DNA from: Calditrichales bacterium
GTDB lineage: Bacteria; Calditrichota; Calditrichia; Calditrichales; J004
Assembly (NCBI GenBank): GCA_965267575.1
Contig: OZ254086.1
Span: forward strand, 4,576,001 to 4,640,000
Length of the DNA stretch: 64,000 nucleotides
Direction of reading: 5' to 3'
Positions within the stretch are counted from its first letter, which is position 1. The number at the start of each line of letters is the position of its first letter. The position numbers and the translations under genes are program-made. The notes beneath the pieces are model-generated. The model had not been told where the DNA came from and did no database searches. It worked only from the letters and a program-made list of their open reading frames with translations. Of this stretch, positions 60,101 through 64,000 are shown one piece after another.

Positions 60101-60934
60101 TACATTAGTCTCATAGTAATATCCTGCCACCGTCCTGTTACAAATTATTCCGTTCATTCCATTGTTGTAAATCGTATTTTTATAAATCCTTGGGATCGTT
60201 TTTACAGTTATCCCTCGTGTAAAAGAACCGTTTGAGCCTGCCGATGAATAAGCATTACATTCAACACCGTTTTCACTATTTTCATAAATCATATTATTAT
60301 AAATTGTGGGTTGCGCGATTGTTGTATTAAATTCCGCGAATCCAGATCCGGTATAATATGCAGAAACAAGAATACCGCTTTTTTCGTTATTGTGAATAAT
60401 GTTGTCCTTAATTACAGGAGTACACTTTCTCGTCACGTTTTCAACGAAATCGCCCCCATGTTGCTTTGCTTCCACCAGAATACCGCTACCGGCACTGTTC
60501 CAAATCTCACAGCTTTGAATTGTTATTTTAGAGTTGTTATAAAAATATACGTTTGCCCCTGATTCATACCCTCCGTCTCTTATTATGCAATGGCTTAAAA
60601 TACATTCAAAATTGGCATTCTGTGAGAAATAGATATTCTTCCAGGATCCGGCACCGCCATCGCCATAGAAGATTATTTTATTAGCTTCAGTCCCTTCAGC
60701 TTTTAATAAACCCCTTATTGTAAAGGAATAGACACCAATAAAGTTTATTTCAACCCCTTCCGCAATTATGAGCGTTTCCCCATTCGGAACGTTTATATCG
60801 CCGGTTACATAGTAGGGATTTCCGGACGATGTCCAGGTTCCTGAGACGTCTCCAATAACGGTTGTTTGGCTTAAAGCCAGCTTAATGCTAAAAGCAAAAA
60901 TAGTAGCGATCTTAATTATATTTATTGACTTCAT
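57137..60934 (-). CDS. Secreted beta-helix + Ig-like + FG-GAP/ASPIC-UnbV + cadherin-like protein with C-terminal sorting domain
   Basis: Start re-called at ATG 60934 (GAGG RBS); GDVSGTWT..GNPY; W.DYDNDGD.DL repeats; VEFGLG; NYPNPFNP...KMLLVK. Confidence 0.87.
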   Translation of the reverse strand: MKSINIIKIATIFAFSIKLALSQTTVIGDVSGTWTSSGNPYYVTGDINVPNGETLIIAEGVEINFIGVYSFTIRGLLKAEGTEANKIIFYGDGGAGSWKNIYFSQNANFECILSHCIIRDGGYESGANVYFYNNSKITIQSCEIWNSAGSGILVEAKQHGGDFVENVTRKCTPVIKDNIIHNNEKSGILVSAYYTGSGFAEFNTTIAQPTIYNNMIYENSENGVECNAYSSAGSNGSFTRGITVKTIPRIYKNTIYNNGMNGIICNRTVAGYYYETNVIRSNPFVSTNILSRNIEYGLDANGFVDIDSVKHNDFFNNGIAALSGIDGGLGQKSRKNLNGDSCDVNLNIFFDPQFVDEINRDFHLQSTSKCIDAGDLNLEYDPDNTFSDIGAYFYNQQKAILTVSPLEIDFGQSLIGATTLRKATIANDGDGVLEVSSIFMAGKDSTKFIVDTLAFSLEPAETRDIDISYHPENVEYNFASVEIESNGGTASVLLLGSGTFVIFDKKEDSPMYTDGGASLGSAWADYDNDGDQDLFVSNYYNWVTGEEDAEKNFLYNNQGDGTFNRITSGSLVQDVNFSQGCSWGDYDNDGYPDLFVSNTKNENNNLYKNNGNGTFTKIISGSIVEDGGASSGCSWIDYNNDGYLDLFVANASSGNNFLYKNTGDGSFDRINDGPVVNDAFYTVGCSWADYDNDGDIDLLTVNLGEEGSRIYVNNGDGTFDVDIDNPVSQKDGLGGSWGDYDNDGDQDLIITRFTNNTLFRNTGNGAFDEVETGPVVNDHGDSRGSCWADFDNDGDLDLFVSNAANLDTARHTNILYFNLGDGTFIEEVSGHIVSDSSASYSPSAADFDNDGDIDLFVCNLGGEPRNILYENKGNDNNWVNILCEGSYSNRSAIGTKVFLKATIFGKSIWQYREVSSQTGGGQSSQNSLNVEFGLGDAAYIDSIKVIWPSGRTNFLTDISPNQILKVFENNRPFVVEAIADTSFYEDSGPFVVVQDLDSVFNDPDNDNLSYSAVSGNEQISVFTNSDSLIVHTNTDYYGQSHIIVTAVDTGGLATNDTFLVNIKPVDDQPFPFLLLLPSDGDTLESVVQPLVFVWYKSKEVDGDTLLYTLRLFQAGFDTTITGISDTTYLIESPTFLEHKSKYSWSVLADDMHSFVSSDTFALYTPEPVNLDEMDNGIPKMYALGQNYPNPFNPFTSISFALPKAGNVSLKIYNLLGQNVATLLDMYKPAGYHKVIFDGSRLSSGVYYYRLQADGFVQVKKMLLVK

Positions 60935-60972
60935 TTGAGACCTCACGCAATATCGTTCTATTTGCACAAAGC

Positions 60973-62334
60973 TTATTTCAATAACAACATTTTCTTAAAC
61001 CGCACAAAATCCTCTGCATCCATACGGTAATAATAAACACCTGAAGAGAGCTCCCTGCCGTCAAAAACCTCTTCATGATATCCGGCGGTTAAATTTGCAT
61101 CAACAACATCTGCAACTTTTTGACCTAGCGAGTTATAGATGGAGACCTTTATCTGCCCGGCCTTCTGAACATAAAATGGAATCGTGGTTAGGGGATTAAA
61201 GGGATTGGGATAGTTTTGTCCAAGAATAACATCGATCGGGGTTATGGTTTCAGATTGCTCCACCCCTGTTACCACACCATTTACCTCAATATCATCGATA
61301 TACCAACCGGTACTTACATCAACGCTTCCGCCACCGGCGTTCGCAGAGTAAAAGAAAAAACCAATCTGAATTGTTTTTCCAGAAAATTCATCCAGCGGGA
61401 AATATGTGTTTGACCAAATACCCGAGCTTGTGGATACATATTTGCCGTTTTCGAGATCTTGCCATTCTCCGCCAGCAAACTTCCGTACCTGTACCTGACC
61501 ATAATCAGCAGCGTTGAAACTGAACCAATGCCAGAATGTCAAAGCTGGATTGGACGAGACCGGGGAAATTGTGATTGGCATACTTATGAAGCGGCTCCGG
61601 GCAGGGTCCTGATAATTACCTTTAAGGTTTGTGCCAATACAAACCGAATCTGAATGAGCTTCACTTGGACCAGCTTTTGGAACTCCACATTCCCAAGAAC
61701 CATATTCTGCCCCCCAATGCTGGACACCTGACAACCAGTTCTCAGGGTTATTGAAATGAGTAGCACCGCTGACCACTGATACTTCATCGATATAACAGCC
61801 GTAGTGGGTATCAGGACTACCACCACCTGCATTTGCCGAATAAAAGTAAAATGAAATCGTTACAGACTTCCCTGCATAGGAGTGTAAAAATGCAATGCCA
61901 GGACTCCAGGCTGAACTGCCATGAACCGCTGCATATTTTACACCAAGCTCTTCCCATTCTTGTCCATCCACTTTTATTTGAACCTGAAAATAGTCGGCTG
62001 CATGCAGATTAAACCAGTGGTAAAAGCGAAGATATGGATTTTGGCTGGAATCTGGCACGACAAAAGATGTATGTCTGATCAGCCTCGTGCTTACTCCATC
62101 AGAATAGTGACCACCCAAAACCGTCGCGGCACAGTTAGAATCCTTAAACGCTGAATTGGGGCCACTGGTGGGCAAGCCAATCTCCCAGGTTCCTGCTTCG
62201 ACGTGCCAGTCTTGTGCCCAGTCTTCTTCAAATCCTTCTTTCCACAAAGTGTCAATTTCTTGAGCACTTGATAAATTGAAAAACGTGATAGCATAAAAGA
62301 TAAGCGCTAGGCAAAAATTTCGGGAAAAGAACAT
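60973..62334 (-). CDS. Secreted protein with two tandem jelly-roll (MAM/cleaved-adhesin-like) domains and C-terminal sorting domain
   Basis: Internal duplication WE.G.P..GP..A...C..T.L.G.Y.D / FYSANAGGGS.D...G.YID; NYPNPFNP...KMLLLK. Confidence 0.8.
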   Translation of the reverse strand: MFFSRNFCLALIFYAITFFNLSSAQEIDTLWKEGFEEDWAQDWHVEAGTWEIGLPTSGPNSAFKDSNCAATVLGGHYSDGVSTRLIRHTSFVVPDSSQNPYLRFYHWFNLHAADYFQVQIKVDGQEWEELGVKYAAVHGSSAWSPGIAFLHSYAGKSVTISFYFYSANAGGGSPDTHYGCYIDEVSVVSGATHFNNPENWLSGVQHWGAEYGSWECGVPKAGPSEAHSDSVCIGTNLKGNYQDPARSRFISMPITISPVSSNPALTFWHWFSFNAADYGQVQVRKFAGGEWQDLENGKYVSTSSGIWSNTYFPLDEFSGKTIQIGFFFYSANAGGGSVDVSTGWYIDDIEVNGVVTGVEQSETITPIDVILGQNYPNPFNPLTTIPFYVQKAGQIKVSIYNSLGQKVADVVDANLTAGYHEEVFDGRELSSGVYYYRMDAEDFVRFKKMLLLK

Positions 62335-62400
62335 GACTCCTCCCTATTGTTATGTTGAGGTGAGTTTTAGGTATAATAGAAATTACTATTATTGCCGGGT

Positions 62401-62418
62401 ACTAACCTTAAGGGTAGT
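62401..62418. promoter_or_regulatory. Candidate NarL/LuxR-type operator
   Basis: ACTAACCTTAAGGGTAGT imperfect palindrome, ~67 bp upstream of ATG 62334; related to 63194-63211. Confidence 0.5.
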
Positions 62419-62480
62419 TTTAAGAATTTTTATACAACAAAGAGGCGGACATGGCCGCCCCTTTGTTTTTTGGGGGGATT

Positions 62481-63119
62481 TTATTCTTTTCTTTTCATCC
62501 AATTATTATAAGCAACCTCATCTTCACCTGGAACAACTAGTCTATATCCCGCACTTAGGCCAAACGCGATAGCAAGAACCTGTGTGGTCGTTTTAAGATA
62601 AGACACTTCATCGTTTGTTATGAAGTTGGATAGCATTAGGAAAGTTACGGCAAATCCCATATTGCCCAAAGCAGACTTAATGCGGCTAACGCTCGATCGA
62701 GAAGCAGAACTTTCCAAATCCATAATTTCCGCTATTTTCGGATAAATAATTCTCAGGCTATCGTTTTGTGTCTGAAGCGTCAGATAATCTTTCTTAAATG
62801 ATCGCATATAACCATATTCAGCGTGACCGGGATTAGTGCTTTCTACCTTCACTAAATCATGGAATTTTTTAAGCTGACTGATCTCCGTCGTAGGGCTCAG
62901 TTCAGCCCCGATATCCTGGTTGATGATATCTGCTCTCTCTAAGTGTAAAACGGCATCAGGAAGGGGGATTAACGCGGGAAGAAATATACTCACCCCAAGA
63001 GCGATACCTATGTTCACCAATTCTTGGTCATCTCCTTCCTGGGCCAGGACTTTTGCCGGGATTAAACTAATGCCTGCAAAGAGAAATATTGTGAATGTTT
63101 TTATCATGCGTGTTAACAT
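62481..63119 (-). CDS. Hypothetical membrane/secreted protein
   Basis: 212-aa ORF with signal peptide and hydrophobic segments; no recognised motif. Confidence 0.6.
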   Translation of the reverse strand: MLTRMIKTFTIFLFAGISLIPAKVLAQEGDDQELVNIGIALGVSIFLPALIPLPDAVLHLERADIINQDIGAELSPTTEISQLKKFHDLVKVESTNPGHAEYGYMRSFKKDYLTLQTQNDSLRIIYPKIAEIMDLESSASRSSVSRIKSALGNMGFAVTFLMLSNFITNDEVSYLKTTTQVLAIAFGLSAGYRLVVPGEDEVAYNNWMKRKE

Positions 63120-63193
63120 ACTGCCCCCTGTTAAAAGACATGGCCTAAAGAAAATGAGTATTTAAAATCTAGGCAGACAGGGGGGAAGTCGGT

Positions 63194-63211
63194 ACTACCC
63201 CATAGGATAGT
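63194..63211. promoter_or_regulatory. Candidate NarL/LuxR-type operator
   Basis: ACTACCCCATAGGATAGT imperfect palindrome, ~75 bp upstream of ATG 63119. Confidence 0.5.
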
Positions 63212-63246
63212 TCTTAGCAGATTTCTCGCGGATTTAGATCAAAAAA

Positions 63247-64000
63247 CTATTTTCCCCAACCTGCTTCATGATACAAAAAATTAATTTCTTCAACCGTAAG
63301 TGCTCTATCATAGACACGAAGATCATCCAATTTGCCATGCCCATTACTACCGATGTATCCATTATGATTTGTGGACCCCATAGAATTCCCGCTTCCATCA
63401 TACGTTCCAGAATATTCAACTCCATCAACAAATACTTTCATTACATTGCTATTTTCATAAACTATGGTCAGGTTATGCCAGGCCAATGTGAGATTCGGAA
63501 TAACCGTAGTTTTAATTTTTCTGGTTAAGCTCGAAGGATATCCATTTCCAAAAGCGCAAATGACTTTATTCTCATCATGAACAAAATTAATAATAAACCC
63601 AGAATACCGTACATTTGGATCCCATTGATCACTAATAATAAGCCTAATAACCGATTCATTTTCCTTAAATAGCCAACCACTTACGGTAAATGGAAAACTT
63701 GGTCTTATTTTATTACCTATATTGATGTAATCATCTGAAGACCCGAACTGAAACGCTCGATCTTCGTTTCCAAATCTGTCTTTTACCAACGTGGCACCAT
63801 TTACAGCGCCATTATGGCCGTTTCCACTTTCATCATTAGCATTTCCATTAAAGGGCCAATATGCAATCAGGCCATCTTTAGGAATCGGATTCGGCGTAGT
63901 CTTAAATTCCCAGATATCGCTGGCGCTACTTAAGCCTTTGGTATCTTTGGCAATTACTTGCCAGTAGTAGGTTTCGGATGTATCAAGATTCTCCAGTGCA
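63247..64000 (-). CDS. FN3-like + LamG (ConA-like) domain protein, partial (start lies beyond the window)
   Basis: Frame is open to the window edge: TYYWQVIAKD...WEFKT, GLIAYWPFNGNANDESGNGHNG, GKLDDLRVYDRALT.EEI..LY. Confidence 0.85.
   Translation of the reverse strand, partial: ALENLDTSETYYWQVIAKDTKGLSSASDIWEFKTTPNPIPKDGLIAYWPFNGNANDESGNGHNGAVNGATLVKDRFGNEDRAFQFGSSDDYINIGNKIRPSFPFTVSGWLFKENESVIRLIISDQWDPNVRYSGFIINFVHDENKVICAFGNGYPSSLTRKIKTTVIPNLTLAWHNLTIVYENSNVMKVFVDGVEYSGTYDGSGNSMGSTNHNGYIGSNGHGKLDDLRVYDRALTVEEINFLYHEAGWGK

Overview
A 64-kb, mostly accessory bacterial region. Eight secreted proteins carry an 'NYPNPFNP...KMLLLK'-type C-terminal sorting domain (CTD; T9SS type A/FlgD-Ig-like), a style suggesting an FCB-group organism such as Calditrichota or Ignavibacteria (inference). 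1-9.8 kb: a partial P1B ATPase with an unusual CAC motif, a GlxA/AraC regulator facing a VOC-VOC-SRPBCC-DHFR-like operon, a cupin/AraC pair, a Tat oxidoreductase and an M16 peptidase. Two diverged direct copies of a ~250-bp element (terminator + 3' half of tRNA-Leu(CAA) + arm-site-like repeats) sit at ~10.0 and ~52.4 kb and bracket a ~42-kb block with no recognisable integrase. That block holds three tandem serine hydrolases (one triply frameshifted), a NarL-type two-component system with candidate operators, a 3446-aa repeat protein, a 1696-aa Asp-type metzincin with nine GGL[TS]WQ repeats, and a partner-switching cluster (3 PP2C, 2 STAS, 2 RsbW-like kinases, 1 histidine kinase, 1 patatin, no sigma factor). 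Right of 52.4 kb are a ~140-nt structured non-coding element and more CTD cargo genes, one with a disconnected CTD. All calls come from manual motif recognition; no database searches were run.
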